This document shows positions 8,752 through 18,344 of a stretch of DNA of 35,784 bases, one piece after another. This stretch comes from Polyangiaceae bacterium (lineage in GTDB: Bacteria; Myxococcota_A; Polyangia; Polyangiales; Polyangiaceae), in the NCBI GenBank assembly GCA_044222475.1, contig JBGANF010000084.1:1-35784 (forward strand). The letters are read 5' to 3'. The position numbers and the translations under genes were made by a program. Each line of letters begins with the position of its first letter. Position 1 is the stretch's first letter. Below the pieces are notes generated by a model, which was not told the origin of the DNA, made no database searches, and worked only from the letters and a program-made list of their open reading frames with translations.

Positions 8752-9789
8752 GTGGGATCGAGCATCAAACGAGGCCTGGGCGCCGTCTTCCTGTTCGGTT
8801 GCGGCGCAGGGGTCGCGCCCGCGGGCGTCGTCCTTCCGCCATCCGTGAGACCGGCGCCGGTGTCGGTGAGCCCACCCCCGTGTTCCATTCGTGGCGGTGG
8901 TGAGCTCGTCGAGGTCAATGGTCGGGCAGCTCCGTTTCCGTTGTTCGCGAGCGCGCGCGCGGCGTCGCCGGGACTCGTGATCGCGGACAGCGCGCGCGTC
9001 GCCGTCACGTGGAGAGAGCTTCCGCCGGTCGCCGCGCCTGCGCGCGCGGCGATCGAGCTCGGCGGTCAGAAGATCCTCCGCGTCCACGCGTACGCCTCGC
9101 TCGAGGGTCGCGGCTTTCAACTTCGCACGCGGGGATACTCCGTTCGCGACCACGTGTGGATCGACTCGGGGCACACGGTCGAGCTTCTCGGCACGGATCA
9201 CGGTGAGCTCGTGGTGCGGCGTCCCACCGGCTTCGCGCGGCCGCCGTTCATCGAAGCGCGGGTCACATGTGACCTCGTCGCGTGGGAGCGAACGGCGTTC
9301 TTGGAGCCGCGCGTCGCGGAGGACGAGGGTGATCTCGTCGAGCCCAGGGGTGATTCGATCGCGCTCTACGGATCGCCCACCGGAAGCGCTTTCATCGAGA
9401 TCGCCCCTGGGGATCGCGGCATGACGTTCTGGCTGCGCGAGCGTCGCGATCGATGGGTGCACGTGCGATTCCACGCGCGCGGGTTCGGCATCGATGGCTG
9501 GGCACACGACGGCGACGTGGAAGCCGCGGGACACGAGTCGATCGGCCTCGGGAACATCGGCACGATCGGTCGCGACGGTGCTCCACCGAAGAAGATGCGG
9601 GTGCGGCGCGAGTCGCCGGTTCTCGTCGGTGCCGCGCGCGAGCCCTTCGCCGACGCGGTGTTCGAAGAAGGGGCGCTCCTCGACTCGTGGTCCGCCGACG
9701 GGGGGGTCCTGCGCGTGGCGTTCGAGAACCGCGCGATCACGGCTCCCGAAGGCATGTGGATCGCCGAGAGCGACGTCGAACCGCGGTGA
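8752..9789 (+). CDS. Predicted lipoprotein of unknown function (345 aa), beta-rich, possibly with SH3-like repeats
   Basis: GTG 4 nt after the RCC1 stop gives MGSSIKRGLGAVFLFGC (lipobox-like), a Pro-rich linker and ERRDRWVHVRF...IDGWA (SH3b-like pattern). The ORF-track extension to 8620 overlaps the RCC1 gene. Confidence 0.7.
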   Translation: MGSSIKRGLGAVFLFGCGAGVAPAGVVLPPSVRPAPVSVSPPPCSIRGGGELVEVNGRAAPFPLFASARAASPGLVIADSARVAVTWRELPPVAAPARAAIELGGQKILRVHAYASLEGRGFQLRTRGYSVRDHVWIDSGHTVELLGTDHGELVVRRPTGFARPPFIEARVTCDLVAWERTAFLEPRVAEDEGDLVEPRGDSIALYGSPTGSAFIEIAPGDRGMTFWLRERRDRWVHVRFHARGFGIDGWAHDGDVEAAGHESIGLGNIGTIGRDGAPPKKMRVRRESPVLVGAAREPFADAVFEEGALLDSWSADGGVLRVAFENRAITAPEGMWIAESDVEPR

Positions 9790-9793
9790 AGGT

Positions 9794-9810
9794 CCGGCCG
9801 GGTTGTTGCA
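9794..9810 (+). promoter_or_regulatory. Candidate sigma54 promoter for the small ORF at 9829
   Basis: CCGGCCGGGTTGTTGCA has GG(9796-9797)-N10-GC(9808-9809) with a TTGCA -12 element. The predicted +1 is near 9821. Confidence 0.4.
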
Positions 9811-9828
9811 CACCCGCTCGCACGGCCG

Positions 9829-9999
9829 GTGCACTCCGAGGATCGAGAGATCGCGCTCTTGCGTGCGACCGTCGCAGCTCTCCGCGCGACGCGCGCCCAA
9901 CCTGCGCCCCGCGCGGTGCGCCCGAAGTGGCAAATTATCGTCGCGGCGTTCGTGCTCGGTTTCGTGGCAGGGGCGACCCTGATCTCGCTGACACGGTAG
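9829..9999 (+). CDS. Small (56 aa) C-terminally anchored membrane protein, not in the ORF track
   Basis: Manual translation: MHSEDREIALLRATVAALRATRAQPAPRAVRPKWQIIVAAFVLGFVAGATLISLTR*. A coiled-coil-like N-terminus and one clear TM helix; it fills the gap up to the convergent kinase stop at 10004. Confidence 0.6.
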   Translation: MHSEDREIALLRATVAALRATRAQPAPRAVRPKWQIIVAAFVLGFVAGATLISLTR

Positions 10000-10003
10000 G
10001 AGG

Positions 10004-13000
10004 TCAGACCTCGATCCCCCACTCGCGCCCCAGCGCCAAAGTCGCTGCGTGCTCTTCGATGTTCCGGAAGTAGGTCGCCTTCCAGTCTTCGCGATGGATG
10101 CGACTCGCGACGTCGACCAAGTGCTTGCATGCTGCACGGATCGCGTCCTCGGCCTCTTCGCGCCGACCCGCGCTGGCGAGGGCCTCGGCGTGGACGAGGC
10201 GCACGAGCGCCTCGCCCTCCTCCGCGCCGTGGGCCTCGAGATCGGCCATCGCGCGTGTCGAGAGCGCGAGCGCGTCGTCGACTCGACCGCTGCGAAGCAC
10301 GATGCGCGCGAGGACCGCGAGCGCGGGCGGCCGCGCCGGCGGCGCATCCTCGACGAGCGAGAGCCCGTGGCGAGCGACTTCCTCGGCGCGCTGGAGATCG
10401 CCGCGCGCGAGCAGCGTCGACGCGAGGTACGTCCTGGACGCGCCCTCCATCCGTCGATCACCTTGAGTCGCAAACGCCGCAGCGCATGCGCGCTGGCATG
10501 TCGCCGCTTCGTCGAGGCGACCGAGTCGCATCAGGGCGAGACCGAGGTTCTGCTTCGCGTTCGCGGCGACGTGACGAAGGCCCAGGCGACGCGCGTCCTG
10601 CTCCACCCGTCGGAGAAGCCCCTCGGCCTCGTCGAAGACGCCGAGCTCGAGGAGACCGTACGCACAGTTCGCGCGCGCGCTGCACGCCTGACGCAGATCG
10701 CCCGATTCTTCGGCGAGGGCGGCCGCCTTCTCGAGGCGCTCGACGTACTCCGCCGGGCGTCCGTCGCGCAGCGCGCGGCTCGCCCGCACCTGCTCGATCC
10801 GGCCGAGGGTCGCCGGGCGAGCCGTGGTCCGCTTGGCGCCGGCCTCGATGCCGACGAGCACTCGCTCCGCAGTCTCGCGTTGGCCGACGATCAAGAGGTA
10901 GTGCGCGACGCGTGCGGCCGCGTTGATCAACTGGTCGGTGGGTCGGTCGAGGCAGACGCGCAGTCGCTCGGCGACGGCGTCGAGCTCCGGCAGACGAAGC
11001 AATCGATGGAGTGCCATCGCGAGATCCGCCGCAGCTTCGGCCCAGGCATCGCTGCCTTCGGGGAGGAGTGCCATCGCTCCAGTCGCTGCCACCACCGACG
11101 CTTGGTTGTTGCCGAGCCACTTCGTCGCCTCGGCGGAGACGATGCGGAGCATGCCCAGCGCCTCGCCCGTCGCGCCGCACGCGATGCCTCGGCCGACGCG
11201 CGCGATCGCCTCGACATAGTCGTTGCCTTCGATCGACTGCTCCGCCGCGCGTTGCCACATCGTGATCGCCCGGTCGAGCTTTCCGGCGCGCTCCCAGTGA
11301 CCCGCGAGGGTACCGGCGTCGGTTTCGCCGGCGCGCTCGAGCCACGTCGCCGCCAGCTCGTGGCCGAGCGTGCGATCCGCGTCGGTGAACATCCCGTAGG
11401 CGGCCTCTTGAAGGAGCGCGTGATGAAAGACGAGCTCGCGCTCGCCCGCAAACTTGCTCTCCGAGCGCCGGTCGACGAGCTCGAGCGACTCGAGGAGCGG
11501 CAGCCACTCCGCGGCTGCGTTCTCTTCCCCGAGCAGCGCGTTCACCGCGCCCTCGTGGAAGGACCTTCCGAACACGCTCGCCGCGCGCAGGACTCGCCGC
11601 GCCGGTGGCGCGATCGCTTCGAGGCGACTCTGCACCATGAGGAGCGCCGTCTCGGGAGTCTTGCTCCGGTTCTCCGCCGCCGCGCGGATGATCTCCTCGA
11701 GAAAGAAGGCGTTTCCCGCGGCGCGGTCGACGATCTCGGCCACGACCTTGGGGACCGCGCGCTCGCCGAGCGCCGCGACGACCAGCTCCGTCGCGGCCGC
11801 GCGCGAGAGAGGGCCGAGCTCGATCGTCTTCGGGTCGTGCTCGCGGAGGAGATTCGGAAAGACGTCGCTGACGTCCGGTCGCGCGAACGCGACGACCATC
11901 ACCGGCAGCTCCCCGAGGACGCTCAGCGCGGAGTCGACCAGGGTCACGGTCGGGCGATCGCCCCACTGGAGATCGTCGAGCACGATCACGACGGGCTGCT
12001 GCGCCGCCGTCGCGGCGAGCCACTTCTCCCACGCGACGCGGATCTGATCGAACATGACCATGGCGTCGCGGCGCGCGCTCGCCAAGACGACGTCGCCCTC
12101 GTCGGCGAAGGGAGCGCCGATGAGCTCCGCGAGGAAGCGAGTCACGCGCTCGCGATCGGGCTCGGGGACGACCTCGGCGACACGCGCGCTGAGCTTCGCC
12201 TGGCGCACGTCGAGCGGCTCGCCTTCGAGCACCCTCGCCGCGCGTCGTACGATCTGGCCCGCGAGCCCGAACGCCGAGCCTGCGCCGACGGGGTCACCGC
12301 GGGCGATCCACACGGTCGCTGGCGTCGAGTGCGATCGGAGCCGCTGGAGGAACTCGCGTCGCACGCGCGACTTGCCGATCCCCGCTGCGCCGGTGACGAT
12401 CGCCACCCGTGCGCCTCCGCCGCCCGCGCACTCGGCGAAGATGGATTCGAGGTGACCGATCTCTTCTTCGCGCCCGACGGTCGCGATCGGTCGGCCCAAG
12501 AGCGTGAGCGGGCGATCTCCTTCGCGGCGACCGGCGAGCACGCCGCCTTGCGTGTCGAAGCCGTCGCCGAGCAGACCCGCGGTCACCTCGTCGATGCGAA
12601 TGCCACTGCCCTGTTCACCGAGGAGTGCGACCGCGCGATCGACGACCTCGCCCAGCGGCATTCGACCAGCCGCGCCTCGGTCCTTCGTCGTGACGCGCGC
12701 GCGTCCGGTGGCGAGTGACATCGCGGTCGAGCCCGTCGCTTGGCGCAGCGCGAGCGCGCACGATGCGGCTCGACGCGCCTGATCGCTCGCGTCGCCGCCA
12801 CCCTCCAAGAGCACGGCGACCGAGCCACCGATCATGACCTCGAGCCGCGCACCGAACGACTCGACGACCCGCTTCGCCGCGTCGACGGCGCCGCCCCAGC
12901 CCGAGCTCTCCACCGTCGCGTCGTCGGCCCGGGTCGCGCCGAACAAAACGATCGACGCCACGCGCTGCTCGCCCTCGGTGATCCTGCCGGCGGACGGAGC

Positions 13001-13810
13001 GGCGGCGGGTACGACCGATCGCCGCGTCGATACGTCGGCGAGCTCGCGCGCGAACGCCGCGCCGTGGGCAGGTCGTTGGCTCGGGTCTTTCGCGAGCGCT
13101 CGGGCGAGCAACGCCTCGACCGCAGCGGGAACGGTGGGCAAGAGCTCGCCGATCGACGGCGCGTCTTCGAGCAGCGTCTTCACGAGGACCGCGACGGCGT
13201 GACCTCCGAGGAACGGCGGTCGTCCGGCCAGGCACTCGAAGAGCACGCACCCCAGCGAGTAGACGTCCGTGCGCGGATCGATCGGCGCGGCGCGCACCTG
13301 CTCGGGCGCCATGTAGGCCGGCGTCCCCCGGATCCCACCGGTGCGCTCCCCGCTCTCGGCGAGACCGAAGTCGAGGATCTTCACTCGCGCGAGATCGCCC
13401 TCCACGAGCCATACGTTGCTCGGCTTGACGTCGTGATGAACGATCCCGCGAGCGTGGGCGACGCCGATCGCCGCCGCGGCGTGCGTCAGCACGCCGAGCG
13501 CATCTTCGACCGAGAGGGGGCCGCGCTCGAGCCTTCGGTCGAGGCCTTCGCCTTCGAGCCACTCCATCGCGATGTACGGGGCGCCGTCCGTCGATCCGTG
13601 GTCGATGTAGCGGACGATGCCCGGATGATCGACCTCTCGGAGGAGCTGCGCCTCGCGTTCGTACTCGGCGCGCTGCCGCGCGCTCCCGATCTTGATCGCG
13701 ACCGCGCTGCCGGTCGAGCGATCGCGCGCGCGGTAGACGACCCCCATTCCCCCCGCGCCAGCTTCGTGCTCGATCTCGAACCGGTCGCCGACGACTACAC
13801 CGCGCTCCAC
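10004..13810 (-). CDS. Ser/Thr kinase - degenerate cyclase-like - STAND/AAA ATPase - TPR fusion protein (~1268 aa), paralog of 3478-7305
   Basis: GAGGMG, VAIK, HHDVKPSN (non-RD), DFG, GTPAYMAPE; Walker A GAAGIGKS, Walker B VIVLDDLQWGD, GNAFFLEE, FHHALLQEAAY; TPR tail. Start placed at GTG 13810 to match the paralog N-terminus; ATG 13837 is possible. Confidence 0.92.
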   Translation of the reverse strand: MERGVVVGDRFEIEHEAGAGGMGVVYRARDRSTGSAVAIKIGSARQRAEYEREAQLLREVDHPGIVRYIDHGSTDGAPYIAMEWLEGEGLDRRLERGPLSVEDALGVLTHAAAAIGVAHARGIVHHDVKPSNVWLVEGDLARVKILDFGLAESGERTGGIRGTPAYMAPEQVRAAPIDPRTDVYSLGCVLFECLAGRPPFLGGHAVAVLVKTLLEDAPSIGELLPTVPAAVEALLARALAKDPSQRPAHGAAFARELADVSTRRSVVPAAAPSAGRITEGEQRVASIVLFGATRADDATVESSGWGGAVDAAKRVVESFGARLEVMIGGSVAVLLEGGGDASDQARRAASCALALRQATGSTAMSLATGRARVTTKDRGAAGRMPLGEVVDRAVALLGEQGSGIRIDEVTAGLLGDGFDTQGGVLAGRREGDRPLTLLGRPIATVGREEEIGHLESIFAECAGGGGARVAIVTGAAGIGKSRVRREFLQRLRSHSTPATVWIARGDPVGAGSAFGLAGQIVRRAARVLEGEPLDVRQAKLSARVAEVVPEPDRERVTRFLAELIGAPFADEGDVVLASARRDAMVMFDQIRVAWEKWLAATAAQQPVVIVLDDLQWGDRPTVTLVDSALSVLGELPVMVVAFARPDVSDVFPNLLREHDPKTIELGPLSRAAATELVVAALGERAVPKVVAEIVDRAAGNAFFLEEIIRAAAENRSKTPETALLMVQSRLEAIAPPARRVLRAASVFGRSFHEGAVNALLGEENAAAEWLPLLESLELVDRRSESKFAGERELVFHHALLQEAAYGMFTDADRTLGHELAATWLERAGETDAGTLAGHWERAGKLDRAITMWQRAAEQSIEGNDYVEAIARVGRGIACGATGEALGMLRIVSAEATKWLGNNQASVVAATGAMALLPEGSDAWAEAAADLAMALHRLLRLPELDAVAERLRVCLDRPTDQLINAAARVAHYLLIVGQRETAERVLVGIEAGAKRTTARPATLGRIEQVRASRALRDGRPAEYVERLEKAAALAEESGDLRQACSARANCAYGLLELGVFDEAEGLLRRVEQDARRLGLRHVAANAKQNLGLALMRLGRLDEAATCQRACAAAFATQGDRRMEGASRTYLASTLLARGDLQRAEEVARHGLSLVEDAPPARPPALAVLARIVLRSGRVDDALALSTRAMADLEAHGAEEGEALVRLVHAEALASAGRREEAEDAIRAACKHLVDVASRIHREDWKATYFRNIEEHAATLALGREWGIEV

Positions 13811-13874
13811 CGATCGAGGATCGCCGCGAAGTGGCATACGACGCAACCATGGAAACGCTAAGATCGGGCCCACC

Positions 13875-14861
13875 ATGAGTGGCAGCGGAGCCGACGACAC
13901 CTACGAGATGCTCTGGGACTGCAAATATTGCAGCCAGAAGAAGAACCTCGGCCTGACGCACCGCTGCTGCCCCAGCTGCGGCTCGCCGCAGGATCCCGCC
14001 GCGCGCTACTTCCCGAGCGACGCCGAGAAGGTCGCGGTGAAGGATCACCCGTTCTACGGGGCCGACGTGCACTGCCCTGCGTGCAAGGCAGCAAACAGCC
14101 GAAACGCCAAGTGCTGCGGCCAGTGCGGGAGTCCGCTCGACAAGGCCGCCGCCGTCCAGTTGAAGATCGACCAGCCGCCGCCCGCTCCGCCGCCGCCGCC
14201 CAAGAAGGGGATGTCACCGCTCCTGATCGTCGTGCCCATCGTGGTGGTGCTCCTGATCGTGGGCGGGCTGTTCATGCTCTTCCGCAAGCGCGACGGGGCG
14301 TTCGTGGTCAAAGACAAGGCCTGGGACCGAACGACCGAGGTGGAGAAGCGCGTTCTCGATCACGGGTCGAATTGGTGCGACTCGCTTCCCGCGGGCGCGC
14401 GGACGCTCGGGCGACATCGAGAGCAACGCTCGACGAAGCAAGTCCCCGACGGGCAGACCTGCGTGACGAAGCGCAAAGATCAGGGCAACGGCACCTTCAA
14501 GGAGGTGCAGGAGTGCACACCGAAGACGAAGAGCGAGCCGGTCATGGACGACAAGTGCGACTACGAGGCCGAGATCTGGAAGGTCGACCGCACCGCCAAG
14601 GCCCACGGCGGCGCAAGCGACGCACCGACGTGGCCACAAGCGAACCTGACCCGCGCCGGATGCACGTCACTCGGTTGCGAACGCGAAGGCGCGCGCAACG
14701 AGACCTACAGCGTGACGCTCAGCGAGCCCAAGAGCGGCGAGGAGTCGACGTGCACGCTCGACGCAGCGAAGTGGTCGGGCATCGTGAAGGGCGGGAGCTA
14801 CTCGGGAAAGATCGGCGTGGTGACGGGCCACGTGGACTGTGACTCGTTGGTCGCGCGTTAG
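13875..14861 (+). CDS. Double zinc-ribbon, single-pass membrane protein with a Cys-rich extracytoplasmic domain (328 aa)
   Basis: CKYC, CPSC, CPAC and CGQC, then poly-Pro, TM segment LLIVVPIVVVLLIVGGLFMLF, and a Cys-containing C-terminal region. Confidence 0.85.
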   Translation: MSGSGADDTYEMLWDCKYCSQKKNLGLTHRCCPSCGSPQDPAARYFPSDAEKVAVKDHPFYGADVHCPACKAANSRNAKCCGQCGSPLDKAAAVQLKIDQPPPAPPPPPKKGMSPLLIVVPIVVVLLIVGGLFMLFRKRDGAFVVKDKAWDRTTEVEKRVLDHGSNWCDSLPAGARTLGRHREQRSTKQVPDGQTCVTKRKDQGNGTFKEVQECTPKTKSEPVMDDKCDYEAEIWKVDRTAKAHGGASDAPTWPQANLTRAGCTSLGCEREGARNETYSVTLSEPKSGEESTCTLDAAKWSGIVKGGSYSGKIGVVTGHVDCDSLVAR

Positions 14862-16021
14862 ACTTGCGCGAGGACTCGTTCGGCGGCCGTGAGCCCTTGC
14901 CCGAGCTTCTCGCGCAGGCCCTTCTTGGCGAGTGCGCGTTCGACGGCCCCGACGGTCGCGAGGATCTCGCGCGCGCCCGTGATGCCCATGTGACCGACGC
15001 GGAAGTACTTCGCGCGCAGCTCGGGGTGGAGCCCCCCCGCGACGACGACTCCCTCGTCGCGGATCGCGCCCACGAGCGAGGCGTCGATGCCCGCGGGGTA
15101 GTAGAGCGCGCTCAGTGTCGAAGCGGTGACGGTCTCGGTCGTCGGCAACATCGTCAGGCCGAGCGCCTTCCATGCGGCGCGGAACGCCGCGGCGATGCGT
15201 GCGTGCCTCGCGAAGCGCGCGTCCATGCCTTCGGCGAGGATGGCGACGAGGCTCGCGTCGAGCGCCTCGATGAGGTTCACCGGCGGCGTCGCGAAGTACG
15301 CCGGCTTGCGCGCTTCGTAGGCCTCCATGATCGGGAGCCACTCGGCGAAATCCGCATAGTACGAGCGCACCTTGGTCTTGCGCGCGCGCCACGCGTCCAT
15401 GGCGGCGCTCGACGCGACCAGCACCGCGAGGCCCGGCGGCGCGCCGAGCGCCTTTTGGCTCGCCGAAAGAAAGACGTCGACCTGCCATGCATCCTGCCGC
15501 AGCTCCTCGCCAGCGGCCGAGCACACGCCGTCGACGATGACGAGCGCGCCGTGCTTCTTGCCCAACGCTGCGAGCTCCTTGGCTGGAGCGAGCACGCCGG
15601 TCGACGTGTCGACGTGGGTGAGCGTCAGCACCTTCGTCGGCTTGCGTGCGAGCTCGGTCTCGACGTCGGCGAGCGATGGCACCTCTCCGGGCGGGGCGGA
15701 CACGCGCGTCACCTCGGCGCCGTGCCGCTCGAGGATCGACGCCATGCGGACGCTGAAGTAGCCGGTGTCGACGACGACGGCGCGCTCGCCCTCGGCGACG
15801 AGGTTGGCGGCGGCCATCTCCATCGCGAGCGTTCCGCTCCCGGCGACGACGAAGGGCTGCCCCTTCGGAGCAAGGAACACTCGGCGCAGACCGTCGAGGG
15901 TGCGGCCGAAGGCTTCCATGAATGCGGGGTCGAGGTGACTCTTGGCCGGTCGCCCGAGAGCCTCGACCACCGAAGCGTCCATCTCGATGGGACCAGGAAT
16001 CATCAGGAGAGGCTGCGTCAT
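14858..16021 (-). CDS. Class V PLP aminotransferase (alanine-glyoxylate / serine-pyruvate family)
   Basis: LLMIPGP N-terminus, GSGTLAME, HVDTSTGV, IVDGVCS, PLP-lysine motif SASQKALG, YFATPP and FRVGHMG. Confidence 0.95.
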   Translation of the reverse strand: MTQPLLMIPGPIEMDASVVEALGRPAKSHLDPAFMEAFGRTLDGLRRVFLAPKGQPFVVAGSGTLAMEMAAANLVAEGERAVVVDTGYFSVRMASILERHGAEVTRVSAPPGEVPSLADVETELARKPTKVLTLTHVDTSTGVLAPAKELAALGKKHGALVIVDGVCSAAGEELRQDAWQVDVFLSASQKALGAPPGLAVLVASSAAMDAWRARKTKVRSYYADFAEWLPIMEAYEARKPAYFATPPVNLIEALDASLVAILAEGMDARFARHARIAAAFRAAWKALGLTMLPTTETVTASTLSALYYPAGIDASLVGAIRDEGVVVAGGLHPELRAKYFRVGHMGITGAREILATVGAVERALAKKGLREKLGQGLTAAERVLAQV

Positions 16022-16027
16022 GGCGGC

Positions 16028-16083
16028 AGGGTATCGCCGATTGGTCGGTCTTGGTCCGGCGAAGGCGTCTGCGCGTGTATGCT
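16028..16083. promoter_or_regulatory. Back-to-back -10 elements for two divergent, apparently leaderless genes
   Basis: Minus strand: TACCCT (16028-16033) 6 nt before ATG 16021. Plus strand: TATGCT (16078-16083) 6 nt before GTG 16090. No Shine-Dalgarno on either side. Confidence 0.6.
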
Positions 16084-16089
16084 TGCGGC

Positions 16090-16905
16090 GTGGCGCTCGC
16101 GGGTGTGCTCGGCCGGCCGTGGATCGACCTCGAGACGGAGCTCGATCTCGCGGGCCTCGACGAGGTCCACGACGAGGTGTGCCTCGCGCTCACGCAGGTC
16201 GCCGTCGACTACACCGGCGGCAGCCATCGATCGATGGGCATCGTGCCGCCCTCGCGTGAGAGCGAGCCGTGGGTCGACTACGGCGAGGTCATCGAGGCGA
16301 TGACGGACGCGGAGTTCGCGACGTTCGTGGGTCTGGCGGATCACCCGGAGCACCGCGCGGCCACGCGGGGGAGCACCTTCGGCGAAGAGCGGTCGGTGCC
16401 GCTCTCGCGGCGGCAAATGCTCTGGCTGAAGTACCGGTTCGGCGTCTACTTTCCGTGGAAGGTCTACGTCGAGATGATCCCGAACCTGCGCTGGGAGGAC
16501 AAGAGCGACGCCGAAGGGAAGAGCTTCACGCGTGTCGCTCGCGCGCTGTTCCCGAAGACCATCGCCTTCGTCGAGAAGCTCCCGTTCGCGCGCATCGGTC
16601 GGTGCAACCTCATGGGCCTCGAAGCGAACGACTTCGGCACGGTGCACCGAGACGGGGTCCCGGCCGAGAAGCCCGAGGTCGACCACTTCGTGACGTTCTG
16701 CCCGGCCCGCAACAAGACGCTCTACCTCTGGGACGAGGAGACGAAGACGAAGACCGCGATCGCATCACGCGCCTACTGGTTCAACGACAGCGACTACCAC
16801 GGCGTCGAGGCAGCGCCGTTCTTCCGCTACTCCATCCGCGTGGACGGCGTGTTCCGTCCCGCGTTCCTCGAAGCCCTTCGCGCGCGCACTGGAGCGGCTG
16901 CGTGA
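16090..16905 (+). CDS. Putative Fe(II)/2-oxoglutarate dioxygenase, Asp/Asn beta-hydroxylase-like cupin (271 aa)
   Basis: HxD motif VHRD (16645-16653), distal His in WFNDSDYHGV (resembles the FDDSxxH motif of Asp/Asn beta-hydroxylase-like proteins), then RYSIRVDG. Confidence 0.7.
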   Translation: MALAGVLGRPWIDLETELDLAGLDEVHDEVCLALTQVAVDYTGGSHRSMGIVPPSRESEPWVDYGEVIEAMTDAEFATFVGLADHPEHRAATRGSTFGEERSVPLSRRQMLWLKYRFGVYFPWKVYVEMIPNLRWEDKSDAEGKSFTRVARALFPKTIAFVEKLPFARIGRCNLMGLEANDFGTVHRDGVPAEKPEVDHFVTFCPARNKTLYLWDEETKTKTAIASRAYWFNDSDYHGVEAAPFFRYSIRVDGVFRPAFLEALRARTGAAA

Positions 16906-18344
16906 GCCAGGAGAAGGATCCGTTCACCCGCGAGGTCATCGTGGACGAGCCGGCGTTCGTCGGCGCGCGGTGGTGGCAGGAGAGCATTCGATCGAGCGTC
17001 GATCGACGAGCGATCCTCAAGGGGATCCTGATCGCCGGGGCTGCGCTCGCCGGTCTCGCGCTCGTCTTCAAGATCGGCAAGGTCCTCACCGCGAACCAAC
17101 CCGTCGACTACGACAACGACGACTTCAATACGGATCGCCAGCGATCGCTCGACATGCAGAAGCGCTTCGGTTGGAGCTTCGGCGCCACCGAGGTCGCGCT
17201 CACGTTCGACGGGGCGACCCAAGCGACGTTCGATCGAAGCGCCATCGATCGCCTCGCGGACGATCTCGCGCCGGTCCAAAGCCGATACCTGCCGTTCTAC
17301 GTCCGCACCCTCTTCGAGGCGCCGGGCGCGCTGCCGAGCGGAAAGCCGACCGACGGGAGTCCGGCGCCGGCCTCGTTGCGCGACGCGCTCACGCCGATCC
17401 ACACGACCTCGATGACCGCGGCCTATCGCGCCGGCCGCGCGCTCGCCGAGATCCTCGCGAACGTTCCGATCGGCACGTCGGTCGTCGTCGACCTCCCCGG
17501 CGAGGATGCGATCGCGTTCGCCGCCGGCGCCGCCCAGCGCTTCGAGCCGATCTTCTTGTTCGACAACTGGCCGCACCCGTACGGCGTCGTCCCGTCGCAT
17601 CGGCCGCTCGCCGCCGCGCTCTACTACCAACCGCGCTTCGTTCGCGCCAAAGCGCAGCGTCCGGCGAACGCGCCGTCGCTCTTCGTCCTCGATCGCCGGC
17701 GGCTCACCGGTTACACCGACAGCCCGACCCAGTTCGACAACCGGTGGACGGCGAAGCTGCCTCCGGGCGACAAGCTCAACGGCTTCGGGGTCTCGAAGGT
17801 GCTCTACATCGCTCCCGACGTCTCGGACGTCCCCGAGCTCGACGATCTGAACGACGACTTCCACTCGTACGAATCGAGCTTCATGGCGCTCCGCTACGTC
17901 GCGCGGTCGACGTTCACCGAGGTCATGGTACCGGAGATGCCGGTGCCGCCTCCGGTCGCCATGCTCGACGCCGGTCGCGCCGCGAAGGACGCCGGCACGG
18001 TCGACGCGATGGCCGCCGTCCCGCCCGCCGCACGCGACGCGCAAGAGCCGGACGACGCAGGCGACGCGTACTACATGGGCAGCCCGTCGGGCGCCGTCTT
18101 CGCGACTCACTACGATCTGCCCGGTCCATGGCCGAAGCCGGTGGACACGTTCACGCCGCCGTCGATCGCGTCGTACCGCTTCGTGAACCGCATCCATCCG
18201 TTCATCGGCGGACAGCGGCCGGCGAACTTCGGCACCGTACCGGTCGTCATTGCGGTCGCCACCGGGATCGTCGTCGCGTCCGCGATGGGCCGAAACGGAT
18301 CGTGGAATCGATCGCCGTACTACTCCAGCGGCGGAGGTGGTTGA
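16902..18344 (+). CDS. Uncharacterised protein (480 aa) with a twin-arginine-like motif plus TM helix and a Gly-rich C-terminal tail
   Basis: GTGA overlap with the oxygenase. DRRAILKG (17001-17024) followed by a hydrophobic helix; enzyme-like core VVVDLPG / FLFDNWPHPYGVV / LFVLDRRR / FDNRW; DAG-rich linker; ends VVIAVATGIVVASAMGRNGSWNRSPYYSSGGGG. Confidence 0.8.
   Translation: MSQEKDPFTREVIVDEPAFVGARWWQESIRSSVDRRAILKGILIAGAALAGLALVFKIGKVLTANQPVDYDNDDFNTDRQRSLDMQKRFGWSFGATEVALTFDGATQATFDRSAIDRLADDLAPVQSRYLPFYVRTLFEAPGALPSGKPTDGSPAPASLRDALTPIHTTSMTAAYRAGRALAEILANVPIGTSVVVDLPGEDAIAFAAGAAQRFEPIFLFDNWPHPYGVVPSHRPLAAALYYQPRFVRAKAQRPANAPSLFVLDRRRLTGYTDSPTQFDNRWTAKLPPGDKLNGFGVSKVLYIAPDVSDVPELDDLNDDFHSYESSFMALRYVARSTFTEVMVPEMPVPPPVAMLDAGRAAKDAGTVDAMAAVPPAARDAQEPDDAGDAYYMGSPSGAVFATHYDLPGPWPKPVDTFTPPSIASYRFVNRIHPFIGGQRPANFGTVPVVIAVATGIVVASAMGRNGSWNRSPYYSSGGGG

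Noticed and set aside
10049..13861. Plus-strand ORFs of 889 and 373 aa
   Set aside because: Antisense shadows of the minus-strand kinase-STAND gene.
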